A stretch of DNA of 64,000 nt. It comes from a bacterium (GTDB taxonomy: Bacteria; Omnitrophota; Gorgyraeia; Duberdicusellales; 4484-171). This document shows positions 9,141 through 19,418 of the stretch, in pieces (within the stretch, counting starts at the first letter, position 1; each line of letters starts with the position of its first letter). The position numbers were made by a program, and so were the translations under genes. The stretch covers positions 13,039 through 77,038 of the forward strand of contig JAJYOP010000005.1 of assembly GCA_021796115.1 (NCBI GenBank). Reading direction: 5' to 3'. A model generated the notes under the pieces. That model was not told the DNA's origin, searched no databases, and was given only the letters and a program-made list of their open reading frames with translations.

Positions 9141-9142
9141 CA

Positions 9143-9640
9143 ATGAGAATTTTGATTATCTCGGATACGCATATTCCGGCTGTCGCCAAGGAACTTCCGC
9201 CAATAATCAAAGAAGAAGCCTCGAAGAGCGACTGTTGTATTCATGCCGGCGATTTAATCGTTGCTTCGGTCTTGGACGATCTATCCCGTCTTACAGAAAC
9301 CTACGCGGTTTGCGGCAATATGGACAGCTTTGATTTAAAAAAAGATTTGCCGGAGAGAACTGTCATTGAACTGGAAGAAGTCAAAATAGGACTTATACAC
9401 GGCAGAGGCTCTCCCGCCACCCTTATGGATTACCTAAAGAAAGAATTCAAACAACAGACAAAAGAATTAAATATGATAATTTTTGGGCACACTCATTACC
9501 CTTTAGATAAAGAAATGGACGGTTTAATCTATTTTAACCCCGGTTCTCCCACCGATAAAATTTTTGCTCCATATCCTTCCTATGGCATTATTGAGATTGC
9601 TGGTAAAAATATCAAGAGGAGGATAGTTAAAATTGGATAA
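9143..9640 (+). CDS. YfcE/MJ0936-family metallophosphoesterase
   Basis: ISDTH, HAGD, GNMD and GHTH motifs; 165 aa. Confidence 0.8.
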   Translation: MRILIISDTHIPAVAKELPPIIKEEASKSDCCIHAGDLIVASVLDDLSRLTETYAVCGNMDSFDLKKDLPERTVIELEEVKIGLIHGRGSPATLMDYLKKEFKQQTKELNMIIFGHTHYPLDKEMDGLIYFNPGSPTDKIFAPYPSYGIIEIAGKNIKRRIVKIG

Positions 9641-10103
9641 ATTGTGGGCTCCCTGGAGAATCAAATACGTTTCCGGAATCAAAACGCGCGGCTGTATTTT
9701 TTGCAAAGCATTTAAGGGAAGAAACGATAAGAAAAATTTAATCATTTATCGTTCAAAGCATTCCTTTGCCATCTTGAACGCATTTCCTTATAATAATGGC
9801 CACGTTATGATTGTGTCAAACCGTCATGTGGCTTCGCTTGATAGGCTTACGGATATGGAAGTACTTGATATTAATAAGGCTATCGTGGTTATGGTAAAAA
9901 GATTGAAGAAAGCGCTCAATCCGGCAGGCTTTAATATGGGTATTAATTTAGGCAAGGTTTCCGGCGCAGGGATCGATAAACATCTGCATGTGCACCTTGT
10001 TCCGCGTTGGCTTGGCGATACGAATTTCATGCCGATTGTTTCAAATACCAAGATAATTTCTCAAAGCCTCGGGGAACTTTATAAAAAGATAACTAAAACA
10101 TGA
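9633..10103 (+). CDS. HIT-family nucleotide hydrolase/phosphorylase
   Basis: Histidine triad HLHVHLVPRW; N-terminal WAPWR motif. Confidence 0.85.
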   Translation: MDKLWAPWRIKYVSGIKTRGCIFCKAFKGRNDKKNLIIYRSKHSFAILNAFPYNNGHVMIVSNRHVASLDRLTDMEVLDINKAIVVMVKRLKKALNPAGFNMGINLGKVSGAGIDKHLHVHLVPRWLGDTNFMPIVSNTKIISQSLGELYKKITKT

Positions 10104-11308
10104 GCGTAACAGGAAGTATTAAAACAGAAAAAAACCTAGAAAGGCTTAGCCGGCAGGATATTGAGGCGTATGAAGAAAAATTTCTTTCGCCGCTGGCCAT
10201 GAAAGCAAGGTGCTCGCGCGGAAGGCGTTACGAGGAGAAAGAGCACTCTTACCGTTCGCTGTATCAGCGCGACAGAGATAGGATAGTGCACTCCGCAGCT
10301 TTTAGAAGGCTTGAATATAAAACGCAAGTTTTTATTTACCATGAAGGTGATTATTTTCGTACCCGCTTAACTCACACGCTTGAAGTTGCGCAAATTGCCC
10401 GCACCATAAGTAAAATTCTACGTCTTAATGAGGACCTTACTGAAGCAGTTGCGCTGGTGCATGATGTCGGCCATACCCCGTTTGGCCATGCAGTCGAAGC
10501 AGTGCTTGACGAATTCATGAAAGAGGAGGGAGGATTTAACCATAATGAGCACGGCCTCAGGGTCGTGGATATTCTTGAGGAGAAATACCCGGATTTTAAA
10601 GGTCTTAACCTTTCCTGGGAAACGCGTGAAGGGATAATCCGCCACAGCTTAAATACGGGCAAAGACTTTGCCGTGCGCTTCGCAGAATTCAATCAAGACA
10701 GGCAGCCTACCCTTGAGACGCAGGTTGTAGATGTCTCTGACGAAATTGCCTACGATAATCATGATATCGATGATGGTATAAAATCAGGGCTTATCGCTGA
10801 ATCGGATTTAAGAAAAAAATCAGCGCTCTGGAACATCACTCATAAACGGGTCAAAGCACAATATTCTAATTTGGAGGAAAAGCTTTTAGTCTATCTGATA
10901 ATACGCAACCTGATTAATTTGCAGGTTACAGATTTAATTGATACCACGCAAAAAAATGCAAAAAGATTAAAAATAAAAACTTATAAAGATGTAAAAAAAT
11001 GCGAGAAAAGAATCGTAGCCTTCAGTAACGAATTAGATGCGCTGCGCAAGGAAATGAGGCATTTTCTTTTTGATAACCTGTATTTTAATTGGCACGTTCT
11101 GCGTATGTCGGATAAAGCCAAAAGGTTTATCAGTTCGCTTTTCGGTATTTATCTTAATAACCCGCGGCTTCTTCCGCCGGAGTTTACAGCAGAATCAAAA
11201 AATATCCATGACATAAGACGAAAAATATGCGATTATATAGCAGGGATGACCGATAGGTATGCTCTTAATGAGCACAAAAAACTATTCGAACCATATGAAA
11301 AGGTATAA
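10100..11308 (+). CDS. dgt: Deoxyguanosinetriphosphate triphosphohydrolase-like HD protein
   Basis: YQRDRDRIVHSAAFRRLEYKTQVF, RLTHTLEV and HDVGHTPFGH motifs. Confidence 0.9.
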   Translation: MSVTGSIKTEKNLERLSRQDIEAYEEKFLSPLAMKARCSRGRRYEEKEHSYRSLYQRDRDRIVHSAAFRRLEYKTQVFIYHEGDYFRTRLTHTLEVAQIARTISKILRLNEDLTEAVALVHDVGHTPFGHAVEAVLDEFMKEEGGFNHNEHGLRVVDILEEKYPDFKGLNLSWETREGIIRHSLNTGKDFAVRFAEFNQDRQPTLETQVVDVSDEIAYDNHDIDDGIKSGLIAESDLRKKSALWNITHKRVKAQYSNLEEKLLVYLIIRNLINLQVTDLIDTTQKNAKRLKIKTYKDVKKCEKRIVAFSNELDALRKEMRHFLFDNLYFNWHVLRMSDKAKRFISSLFGIYLNNPRLLPPEFTAESKNIHDIRRKICDYIAGMTDRYALNEHKKLFEPYEKV

Positions 11309-12329
11309 AACAATATTCTCGACGTTTCATACGGTATACCGGTTGATTACTACAAGCGGCGACGTGAGGAATTTTGCAACTGGTATTTGCCGGCTTTACA
11401 AAAATGCTTTTGGAGCAGACAGCGTAACCATCGTGCTTAAAAACGTAAATAGCCATGGTTTTCTAAAAATGCGTCTCAAAGACAGGCGGCAATTCTTTAA
11501 AAAAGGAGGCATTTCGATATTAACACATGCGGAAAGGGAGATGCTGGACCATGAGAAAGAAGCTATCCTTGAGAATCGTTTAACTTACCCATTTATTTTT
11601 TCAGATACTCTTGGTGCGGTATGTGTCAGGCGTAGCTTGAACGATTTCGGTTTCAGCGAACTCGAAAAAAGATGGTTTTTATCGCTTTCAGAAGAAATAA
11701 GCGTGGCGCTTCGGATTTTTAACCTTTACCGGGAAGAAAAACGCCTGATGATCAATTACATAAAATCCTTGACAAAACTGCTTGATCAATACGTGCCAAC
11801 ATCATATTTACATACAAAGAGTATCTATAAATTAATTAAAGCAATCGGTAAAGAAATGAGCCTTTCTGAATCAGAGACAAAATCTCTGGAATATGCCTCA
11901 TTACTGCATGATGCCGGCAAGATTCAGCTTCCTTCAGGGATTTTAAGGAAACAAACGCCTCTTACGGATGAAGAATATAAGATGATAATGAAGCATCCGC
12001 GTAAAGGTGTTGAGATGATTAAGGATTTAGAAATTTTAAAGCCGGTTATACCCATTATCTTGCATCATCATGAACGCTATGACGGCAAAGGCTATCCTTC
12101 TAAGTTTAAAAAAGACCAGATACCGTTGGGCTCAAGAATATTGTCATTGCTTGATGCATTTGATGCCATGTATTTCGGCCGGCCTTACCGCAAAAGAATA
12201 CTTATGAACGATATCGAAAAAGAGTTGCGGTTGCAAATGGGCAAGCAATTCGACCCCCATATTGTTGAGATTTTCCTGAAAATATTAAAGCGTAAGAATA
12301 TCAGAAAATACTTGCGTTCTTTTTTATAA
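11295..12329 (+). CDS. HD-GYP domain c-di-GMP phosphodiesterase with an N-terminal sensory (GAF-like) region
   Basis: LLHDAGKI and HHHERYDGKGYP motifs. ATG at 11295 is preferred over the track start at 11259. Confidence 0.85.
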   Translation: MKRYKTIFSTFHTVYRLITTSGDVRNFATGICRLYKNAFGADSVTIVLKNVNSHGFLKMRLKDRRQFFKKGGISILTHAEREMLDHEKEAILENRLTYPFIFSDTLGAVCVRRSLNDFGFSELEKRWFLSLSEEISVALRIFNLYREEKRLMINYIKSLTKLLDQYVPTSYLHTKSIYKLIKAIGKEMSLSESETKSLEYASLLHDAGKIQLPSGILRKQTPLTDEEYKMIMKHPRKGVEMIKDLEILKPVIPIILHHHERYDGKGYPSKFKKDQIPLGSRILSLLDAFDAMYFGRPYRKRILMNDIEKELRLQMGKQFDPHIVEIFLKILKRKNIRKYLRSFL

Positions 12330-12441
12330 AACCTATAATAACACTTTACCCCGCCTTTGCATGAATAAGTCTATAAACGTTAATGAATGCTAAAACATGT
12401 TCGGCGGGATGTTACTGTATAGGCAAAACTTGAGGTGTTCC

Positions 12442-13050
12442 ATGCGCAACGAACAATTAAGGCTTTTTACCCCGGATGACGATTCTAATTTAAGGAACCG
12501 GCGGCGCCTGATAATCATACCACTTGATACTTTCATTTTATCTTCGGTAGTGATAATTCTTTTGTTTATTCTTGCCTTTTCTTTAGGGGTTGAGAGAGGA
12601 AGAAAAATTTATTATGCGAACTTAGAGAGTAAAGAAAATTTAGAAAAAGACATAGTGCCAGATGATGGACAACCGGCTAAAATTCAGACTAAAATGGAAA
12701 ATAAACTAGTTGCGGAAACAAAAAACGAGCCAGTTAGACCGATAGTTTCTATTAGCGTGCCGCGGCCAGCCCAGCCGCAAGTAAAACCGGATACTACGGC
12801 TAAGATTGAAACGCCCAAAGCCGGTATAAGCGGAAACTACAGCATACAGATAGCAACTTACAATAAAGAAAGCTATGCACAGATAGAAGCCAAGGTTTTG
12901 CAGGCGAAAGGATTCCCGGCATTCATCGCGAAAAAATCCAATTACGTTGTTCTTTACGTGGGGCCTTTTAAAACTAAACCGGAGGCAGATAAATATCTAT
13001 CAGTAATTAAAAAAACATATAAAGATTGTATCTTAAGGAGGTTGCAATGA
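12442..13050 (+). CDS. SPOR-domain membrane protein
   Basis: One TM helix, a proline-rich linker, and a C-terminal SPOR-like YSIQIATYNKESYAQ..GFPAFI..YVVLYVGPF. Confidence 0.75.
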   Translation: MRNEQLRLFTPDDDSNLRNRRRLIIIPLDTFILSSVVIILLFILAFSLGVERGRKIYYANLESKENLEKDIVPDDGQPAKIQTKMENKLVAETKNEPVRPIVSISVPRPAQPQVKPDTTAKIETPKAGISGNYSIQIATYNKESYAQIEAKVLQAKGFPAFIAKKSNYVVLYVGPFKTKPEADKYLSVIKKTYKDCILRRLQ

Positions 13051-13367
13051 GTTTACATTCATCGCTAAAAAGAGCAGAGAAGCTGGCTTCTGCACGCTCG
13101 GTAATGAAACGTACGGAAAGATTAAAATGGCTAAGAGAAAGAGGCACATGGAAAGAAGGCGGCCGTGTGTCCGGTCTTCCGAAGATAAAAGTAGTCAAAC
13201 TTAAGACGGTTAAGAAGGAAAAGAAAGAAGAGAAACCGGCAGAGGGTGCAGTTACTCCGGCTGCAGCTACAGCGCCTGAAAGCTCGCAAGTTGCGGCGAA
13301 ACCCGAAAAAGCACCGGTTGCTGCGAAAACTTTGGCCGCAAAACCTCAAGCCCAGCCTAAAAAATAA
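13047..13367 (+). CDS. Small basic protein (PVC-group type), Ala/Pro/Lys-rich tail
   Basis: MSLHSSLKRAEKLASARSVMKRTERLKWLRERGTW..GLPKIKV. RBS aaggagg precedes the ATG at 13047. Confidence 0.5.
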   Translation: MSLHSSLKRAEKLASARSVMKRTERLKWLRERGTWKEGGRVSGLPKIKVVKLKTVKKEKKEEKPAEGAVTPAAATAPESSQVAAKPEKAPVAAKTLAAKPQAQPKK

Positions 13368-13372
13368 GTACA

Positions 13373-14077
13373 ATGAATAGCAAGAAAGCCCCGTTAATAA
13401 GGTTTTGGCCGTGGCCAAACTCTGGATTAACGGCCATTTTTCTTTTATTTTTACTTTTCTCTTTTAAAGGGTATTGTGTGGAAAATGCTCAAGTCAAAAA
13501 GAAGAATATAAATGTCAGGGTAGACGCAACCGTTGCTTCACCTGTTTTAGGCACCCTTAACAAAGGTGAGATAGTAAGCGTCGTCGAAGAGAAATTTGAC
13601 TGGTCTAAAATTATACTTCCCAAAAGATTTTCTGCCTATGCCGCATCGCAATTTCTGAAAAAAATTGACGACAATAAAGTTGAAGTCATTGTTTCTGACT
13701 TAAATCTTCGAAATGCGCCATCGCTTTATTCATACACAATAGGAAAAGCAGACAAAGGGAATGTATTTTTTTATCGGAGTGAAGGCAATGGATGGTTTGA
13801 ATTAAGAGCTTACCCGTATATTTACGGATGGGTAAACAAGAATTTTTTGACTAAGGTTGAGAAGCCAGTCAGTGTGGAGGGAATAATTTCTCCTGCGCAG
13901 AATTATACTTGCGAAGCAAACTGCGTTCTAAAAACAAATGTCACAGAGTATCTGGTAAGCCTGCTTTATAAGGGCAAAACGAAATTCATGAATAAAAAAG
14001 TAAGAATCGAAGGCGTACAGGTAAAAGGGAGCGGATGCACTTATATCTATGTAGAGAAGCTGGTATTTGTAAAATGA
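13373..14077 (+). CDS. Secreted protein with two bacterial SH3-like domains
   Basis: Signal/TM segment. Two segments NVRVDATVASPVLGTLNKGE..W and LNLRNAPSLYSYTIGKADKG..W. Confidence 0.6.
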   Translation: MNSKKAPLIRFWPWPNSGLTAIFLLFLLFSFKGYCVENAQVKKKNINVRVDATVASPVLGTLNKGEIVSVVEEKFDWSKIILPKRFSAYAASQFLKKIDDNKVEVIVSDLNLRNAPSLYSYTIGKADKGNVFFYRSEGNGWFELRAYPYIYGWVNKNFLTKVEKPVSVEGIISPAQNYTCEANCVLKTNVTEYLVSLLYKGKTKFMNKKVRIEGVQVKGSGCTYIYVEKLVFVK

Positions 14078-14694
14078 GCGCCCTCCCGGTTATCTTGCTT
14101 TTATTCATTTTGTTTTTTTCGCTTACCCTGCATGAATATGCCCATGGATGGGTGGCGTATAAACTTGGCGACCCCACAGCTAAAGCGAGCGGGCGCCTCA
14201 CTCTGAACCCGCTTGCCCATATCGATCCCTTTGGAACCATCATTTTGCCCATTCTTCTTTTAATTATCAGTCATTGGAATTTTTCGTTTGGTTGGGCAAA
14301 ACCCGTGCCGATAAATCCTTATCAATTTAAAAATCCAAAAAAAGATATACTTTGGGTTGGTTTAGCCGGGCCTTTAGCAAATTTTTTCCTTGCAATTTTC
14401 TTTATTCTTATTTTAAAAGTTTTTAATTATTCTTTCCTGCCAGAAATACTTAAGGAAGCTATAGTCATTAATATAATATTCGTAGTATTTAATCTTGTGC
14501 CGATACCGCCACTTGACGGTTCCCGAATAGCTAGCGCGCTTTTACCGTTTAAATTGTCTCTTTTATACCGTAAAATAGAGCCGTTTGGAGTATTCATCGT
14601 TATGTTTTTAGTTATGATTGGTTTTTTTCGCTGGTTTATTTTGCCCATTGTAATATTTATTCTTTCTCTGTTAAAAATAAAAATTGTGATGTAA
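14074..14694 (+). CDS. Site-2 protease family (M50) zinc metalloprotease
   Basis: HEYAHGW zinc motif, RLTLNPLAHIDPFGT, multiple TM helices, NLVPIPPLDG. Confidence 0.8.
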   Translation: MSALPVILLLFILFFSLTLHEYAHGWVAYKLGDPTAKASGRLTLNPLAHIDPFGTIILPILLLIISHWNFSFGWAKPVPINPYQFKNPKKDILWVGLAGPLANFFLAIFFILILKVFNYSFLPEILKEAIVINIIFVVFNLVPIPPLDGSRIASALLPFKLSLLYRKIEPFGVFIVMFLVMIGFFRWFILPIVIFILSLLKIKIVM

Positions 14695-14705
14695 AATAAT
14701 AAAAC

Positions 14706-15794
14706 ATGAAAACTATAAAGATAAAACTTCCCGAAAGTTCTTACAATATTAATATCGGACCCAATTTATTCAGAAATATTTTGCCGAATATAAATCGACT
14801 AAAAATTGGTAATTTCGCAGTTATTGTCAGCTCAAAGGCCGTTTATTCTTATTATAAGGCGCAGATTGAAAAAAATTTTAAAGGGTTGCCTTGCAAAATT
14901 ATTGTGCTTCCCAATGGCGAAGGAGCAAAGACTAAAGAAAGCCTTTTTAAAATCATAGACGGCATAACAAATGTTGATAAGCTGGGCAGGAAAATATTTC
15001 TGGTGTGTCTTGGCGGCGGTACAATCGGTGATGTTGGGGCTTTTGCTGCATCAATTTATAAACGCGGCATAGCTTATGTGCAAATTCCTACCACTTTGCT
15101 TTCCCAGATTGACGCGGGTATCGGTGGAAAAACCGCTATCGATTTAAGGCAAGCGAAGAATATACTCGGCACCTTCTACCAGCCAAAAGCAGTTTTCATC
15201 GACCCCCTTTTTTTACGTACATTGTCAGAGAAAGAGCTTAAGGAGGGGCTTAGCGAGGCGGTTAAGTATGGTATTATTCGAGATAGCCGTTTTTTCTATT
15301 TTTTAAAAGAAAATTATCGAAATTTACTGTCTTTACGGCCATCCGCAATATTGCGCTTAATCCAGACTTGCGCTGCAATAAAAGCGAAAATTGTGGAAAA
15401 AGACGAAAAAGAAAAAAAAGGGATACGGACGGTGCTTAATTTTGGTCATACTCTCGCGCACGCCATAGAGGCTGTCTCAAAATATAAAAAGATTTCACAT
15501 GGCGCAGCAGTTTCTGTCGGCATGTTGTATGCCGCATATCTTTCGCATAGCCTTGGACTTTGTAGCCACGCCGAGATTAAAGAGATTAAAGATATATTGG
15601 CTAAACTAAAACTTCTGGTAAAAATTAACTTTGATTATGCCAAAATTTATAAAGCAATGAGCTACGATAAGAAGTTCATTCGTGGCAAGTTCCGCTTCGT
15701 AGCTTTACGGAAAATCGGGCAAGTTAAAGTTATCGAAAATATTCCTAACAATTTGATACGTAGTACGTTACAAAAACTTAACGCCTCGGTTTGA
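14706..15794 (+). CDS. aroB: 3-dehydroquinate synthase
   Basis: GGGTIGDVGAFAAS, IPTTLLSQIDAGIGGKT and NFGHTLAHAIE motifs. Confidence 0.9.
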   Translation: MKTIKIKLPESSYNINIGPNLFRNILPNINRLKIGNFAVIVSSKAVYSYYKAQIEKNFKGLPCKIIVLPNGEGAKTKESLFKIIDGITNVDKLGRKIFLVCLGGGTIGDVGAFAASIYKRGIAYVQIPTTLLSQIDAGIGGKTAIDLRQAKNILGTFYQPKAVFIDPLFLRTLSEKELKEGLSEAVKYGIIRDSRFFYFLKENYRNLLSLRPSAILRLIQTCAAIKAKIVEKDEKEKKGIRTVLNFGHTLAHAIEAVSKYKKISHGAAVSVGMLYAAYLSHSLGLCSHAEIKEIKDILAKLKLLVKINFDYAKIYKAMSYDKKFIRGKFRFVALRKIGQVKVIENIPNNLIRSTLQKLNASV

Positions 15795-15829
15795 CAAATG
15801 GGCAAAAATATGTTATATTAATTAAATTT

Positions 15830-16147
15830 ATGGCATACGAAAGAAGAAAAAACACACGCGCCTATGTTTCGTTTCCGCTGGAATGTAATGTCCTTCCTGG
15901 CAAGGGCTATTTCTATACCGTCAGTAAAGATTTAAGTGTTGGAGGAGCAAGGATACTCTGCAACGAATTCCTGGTAAAAGATAACCAACTTTTGCTTAAT
16001 ATAAATTTTATCGATAAAGTTATGGATATCAGGGCTAAGGTTGTTTGGTGCAACAAAGAGCGGACATCAGACAGGTATTATGCCGGAGTAGAATTCCTGG
16101 AATTGTCCGAAGATAGCAAAAAATATTTGAATTCAATAACAAGGTAA
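15830..16147 (+). CDS. PilZ-domain protein
   Basis: Both c-di-GMP-binding motifs present: RRKNTR (RxxxR) and DLSVGG (D/NxSxxG). Confidence 0.75.
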   Translation: MAYERRKNTRAYVSFPLECNVLPGKGYFYTVSKDLSVGGARILCNEFLVKDNQLLLNINFIDKVMDIRAKVVWCNKERTSDRYYAGVEFLELSEDSKKYLNSITR

Positions 16148-16151
16148 GATT

Positions 16152-16298
16152 ATGGCAAAAGCCGAAGAAAAAAGAAAAAATTGTCTTGCCTGCAATAAAT
16201 CATTGAAACGCATAAAATGGTACTACAGGAATAACGGCCATTTTTGCAATAAAAATTGTTTTAAGGAATTTCTTAAAAAACAAGCTGCAAAAACTTAA
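16152..16298 (+). CDS. 48-aa Cys4 zinc-ribbon (TRASH-like) protein, absent from the ORF track
   Basis: MAKAEEKRKNCLACNKSLKRIKWYYRNNGHFCNKNCFKEFLKKQAAKT, pattern CxxC-x17-CxxxC. Its TAATG overlaps the next PilZ gene. Confidence 0.4.
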   Translation: MAKAEEKRKNCLACNKSLKRIKWYYRNNGHFCNKNCFKEFLKKQAAKT

Positions 16299-16675
16299 TG
16301 GTTGAGAAGAGAAGTTACCCCCGCATTGAAGGTATATTGCCCCTTAAGCTTTCCGGTAGCGAATCCGATATCGTAACCGAGACAAAAAATATAAGCGCTA
16401 GCGGCGCATATTGTATTGTCTGCGAATCAGTTGAGCCCATGACAAAGCTTGATATGGTTTTGTTTATGCCTGCCACCAAAGGCAGTGTCAAGGCAGTTAA
16501 AAAAATATGCTGTAAGGGGGTTGTGATAAGAAGCGACCGCTTCGAAGATAACGGGAGAACATCTTATTGTCTCGGCATATATTTTAGTGAAATAAAAGAA
16601 AGCGACAGAAAAAGCATAATTACCTACGTTAATTCAGCCCTAAAAGAATCCGGCCATATTTCAAACGTCTTCTAA
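16298..16675 (+). CDS. PilZ-domain protein
   Basis: KRSYPR (RxxxR) and NISASG (NxSxxG) motifs. Confidence 0.75.
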   Translation: MVEKRSYPRIEGILPLKLSGSESDIVTETKNISASGAYCIVCESVEPMTKLDMVLFMPATKGSVKAVKKICCKGVVIRSDRFEDNGRTSYCLGIYFSEIKESDRKSIITYVNSALKESGHISNVF

Positions 16676-16686
16676 TAATCCTATAA

Positions 16687-17220
16687 ATGCTTTATAGGAA
16701 TTTTCCACTACCGGTCAAATTTATTTGTTCCCTGATATATCATAAGGAAGAGGTGTATCAGAAAACACGCGCCATACTTCAAAAAAAATTCGGCAAGATA
16801 GATTTTGAAACGAATTGCCTCAACTTTAATTTTACCCATTATTACGAAAAAGAAATGGGCGCACCGTTATCCAGGCGATTTATCTCTTTTGCGAAGCTGA
16901 AACGGCCCGATGATTTGGTTTCGGCAAAACTTTTTTGTATGAAAATCGAGAAAAAATTCGCCAAAGCCAATATGCGTTCGGTAAATATAGATCCCGGCTA
17001 TCTAAATGAAGCAAAGTTAGTGTTAACTACCACGAAAGATTATCATCACCGTATTTATGTCGGCCGCGGTATATTTGAAGAAGTTACTTTATATTATGCG
17101 AAGTCCGATTTCAGGAATTTTGACACAACATATCCTGACTACCGGACAGTGGAATATAAGAATTATTTCCGGACTATCAGGGGAAAATACCGGCAGGATA
17201 TAAAAAAGCATGAAAAATAA
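16687..17220 (+). CDS. Conserved hypothetical protein (possibly DUF4416)
   Basis: 177-aa soluble ORF that overlaps and is probably co-transcribed with the radical-SAM gene. The family call is from memory only. Confidence 0.35.
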   Translation: MLYRNFPLPVKFICSLIYHKEEVYQKTRAILQKKFGKIDFETNCLNFNFTHYYEKEMGAPLSRRFISFAKLKRPDDLVSAKLFCMKIEKKFAKANMRSVNIDPGYLNEAKLVLTTTKDYHHRIYVGRGIFEEVTLYYAKSDFRNFDTTYPDYRTVEYKNYFRTIRGKYRQDIKKHEK

Positions 17221-18148
17221 GGTAAAGTTAATCGGCAAGAAAATCAATGATTTAGAGAAGAATCTGGAGAATTGTTCTATTTGCCCGAGAAACTGCAGGG
17301 TTAACCGTGTTGCTGGCCAAATTGGCTATTGCGGAGCTGGCCTTAGGGCGGTTACCTATACTTCGTTTTTGCATAGGGGAGAGGAGCCGGCGATAAGTGG
17401 AAAGATGGGTAGCGGCACGATATTCTTTTCCGGTTGCAATCTAAGGTGCGTTTATTGCCAGAATCATAAGTTTTCACACTCCATTCAAGGTGAAGTTTTG
17501 ACCCGTCAAGCACTTTGCAGCCTTATGCTTAAATTGCAAAAAGAGGGAGCGCATAATCTAAATTTAGTCACCCCAGCGCATTTTATGCCGCAGATATTGA
17601 GAGCGCTTAGCATGGCCTTATCTAGAGGGCTAAATATCCCTATTGTCTATAACACTTCCAGCTACGAAAAAAAAGAAATTATCGAACTACTTTCCGGTAT
17701 TGTTGATATCTACCTGGCTGACCTACGTTATATCGATGGAGAGGTTGCTAGTTTGTATTCAAACGCCAAAGATTACCCCTTTTATGCAAAACAAAGTATC
17801 CTTGAGATGTATAAGCAACAGCCTGAGCCGGTATTTGATTCCGGACTATTAAAAGAAGCCCTGGTTATCAGACACCTGGTTCTTCCGGGATATATAGAGG
17901 AGTCGAAGAGGATTCTGGAGTGGATAAAGAAAAATACACCCAACGCTATCTTAAGCCTAATGTTCCAATACCAGCCGTATCATAAAGCCGGTAATTACCT
18001 TCCTATAAACCGGACAGTTTCAAGGGAAGAATATAATAAATTGATTGGATTTCTGAAGGGCCTTGACCTTAATGGTTGGGTTCAGGATTTAATTTCTGAA
18101 GAGAGCCTAGCGGGGGTGCATTTTAAGCCATCGGCCAAAAAAAGTTAA
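17210..18148 (+). CDS. Radical SAM protein, PflX-like (pyruvate formate-lyase activase homologue)
   Basis: CNLRCVYCQN radical-SAM cluster motif plus an N-terminal CSICPRNCRVNR..YCG auxiliary Cys motif. Confidence 0.8.
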   Translation: MKNKVKLIGKKINDLEKNLENCSICPRNCRVNRVAGQIGYCGAGLRAVTYTSFLHRGEEPAISGKMGSGTIFFSGCNLRCVYCQNHKFSHSIQGEVLTRQALCSLMLKLQKEGAHNLNLVTPAHFMPQILRALSMALSRGLNIPIVYNTSSYEKKEIIELLSGIVDIYLADLRYIDGEVASLYSNAKDYPFYAKQSILEMYKQQPEPVFDSGLLKEALVIRHLVLPGYIEESKRILEWIKKNTPNAILSLMFQYQPYHKAGNYLPINRTVSREEYNKLIGFLKGLDLNGWVQDLISEESLAGVHFKPSAKKS

Positions 18149-18170
18149 CTGGTTTATTTTATTCTACAAA

Positions 18171-18650
18171 ATGAACAAACTTAAGATATCCTTCCGCAAA
18201 TTTTTACGGTTTCTCTATGTCGAATTAGTAAAAATCAACGATACGCCCCAACGTGTGGCGCTTGGCCTTGGTATAGGGGTATTTTTTGGTATTATGCCCG
18301 CCATGGGACCTTTAGCGGCAGTATTTACGGCCTCAATATTTAAAGCTAACCGCGCAAGCGCTCTTATTGGAAGCCTGCTCACCAATACCTGGATTAGCTT
18401 TGTCACCTTTCTTGTGTCAATAAAACTAGGCTCTTTTATAATGGGTATTGACTGGCAAATTGTTAAAAATGAATGGTATTTACTTTTCAAAGATTTTCAC
18501 TTTAGCACATTGCTCAAAGCATCGCTCTTACAGACGATTTTACCGATTATGACAGGCTATCTGGTATTGGCAGTTTTTTTTGGTTTTTTATCCTATCTGG
18601 CAACTCTGCTATTTTTTAGTATTCGAAAAAGGCTATTTAGGCGCTCATAG
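18171..18650 (+). CDS. DUF2062-like membrane protein
   Basis: TPQRVALGLGIGVFFGIMP motif and 3-4 TM helices. Confidence 0.55.
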   Translation: MNKLKISFRKFLRFLYVELVKINDTPQRVALGLGIGVFFGIMPAMGPLAAVFTASIFKANRASALIGSLLTNTWISFVTFLVSIKLGSFIMGIDWQIVKNEWYLLFKDFHFSTLLKASLLQTILPIMTGYLVLAVFFGFLSYLATLLFFSIRKRLFRRS

Positions 18651-19071
18651 GCTAATCTAAAAGGCACTAAACGTCTGCTCTACAAGAGGCTAAAAACCCG
18701 CTTATAAGGATATCCATCCCAAAACTTAACCCTGCTTTTGGTACTTAAATTTAGGCCATTTCTGGCATTTTTTAGGGCATTCCTATCGATAATATATATA
18801 AAAATACTCCTAAATATACCAGCTAATCCGCAAGTAGGAGAACAATTGATAAAGTAAGAATATATGGATAGAGGTAAGAATGTTTTCGCCAATTCACAGG
18901 GTTTTCTTGAAACTCGTAAAAGCATTGATTTTATTAACTTAAGAAGCATTTTTGCCAATAATAAAAGTTAACATAAGATATATTATAGGAAGTTAGGTAT
19001 ACTCTCTGATTTTCCTGTGGGGTATATAAAATGTAATTTTTAAGGGGGCGAAAATAAAAAAATATTTGACG

Positions 19072-19278
19072 TTATTTCTGCGCTACTACCTGATCTTGAG
19101 GATTATAATGGATGTTTAAAAAATCCAAGACTATTTTCCGGATATATACCGAAGGTTCCAGGTGTGCCTTTTGCGCCCAGTTCAGGATTTCAACCCACTG
19201 CTCACGCGTAAGCCGGACATTTATAGTTTTAGTGTATTTTACCATCTTTTTTGGCCGTCCTCTTTTAGTATTAGGCAT
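19072..19278 (-). CDS. Small ribbon-helix-helix-like DNA-binding protein
   Basis: Basic N-terminus (KRGRPKK), then INVRLTREQWVEILNWAQ, consistent with an RHH strand-helix-helix. Confidence 0.4.
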   Translation of the reverse strand: MPNTKRGRPKKMVKYTKTINVRLTREQWVEILNWAQKAHLEPSVYIRKIVLDFLNIHYNPQDQVVAQK

Positions 19279-19418
19279 TTTTTATCTTCTTGGTTGCAGA
19301 AAGCAGATTGTGATTTTTGAGGCTACAGAAAAACACAAAAAACCACCAAAAAACACGTAAAAAGTATAGCATAAATATCTGGATTTGTAAACTATTTATC
19401 TAAGGCTATTTTTGGGTT

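Noticed and set aside
10100-11308. The dGTPase-like gene as an anti-phage dNTP-depletion defence gene
   Set aside because: It is embedded in a co-directional housekeeping run (YfcE, HIT, HD-GYP) with overlapping starts and stops. No mobile or defence-island context is present, so it is most simply the ordinary dgt-family enzyme.
18680-18958. A 92-aa minus-strand ORF
   Set aside because: It has odd composition, no RBS or start context, and no motif. It lies in an AT-rich gap that is more plausibly intergenic.
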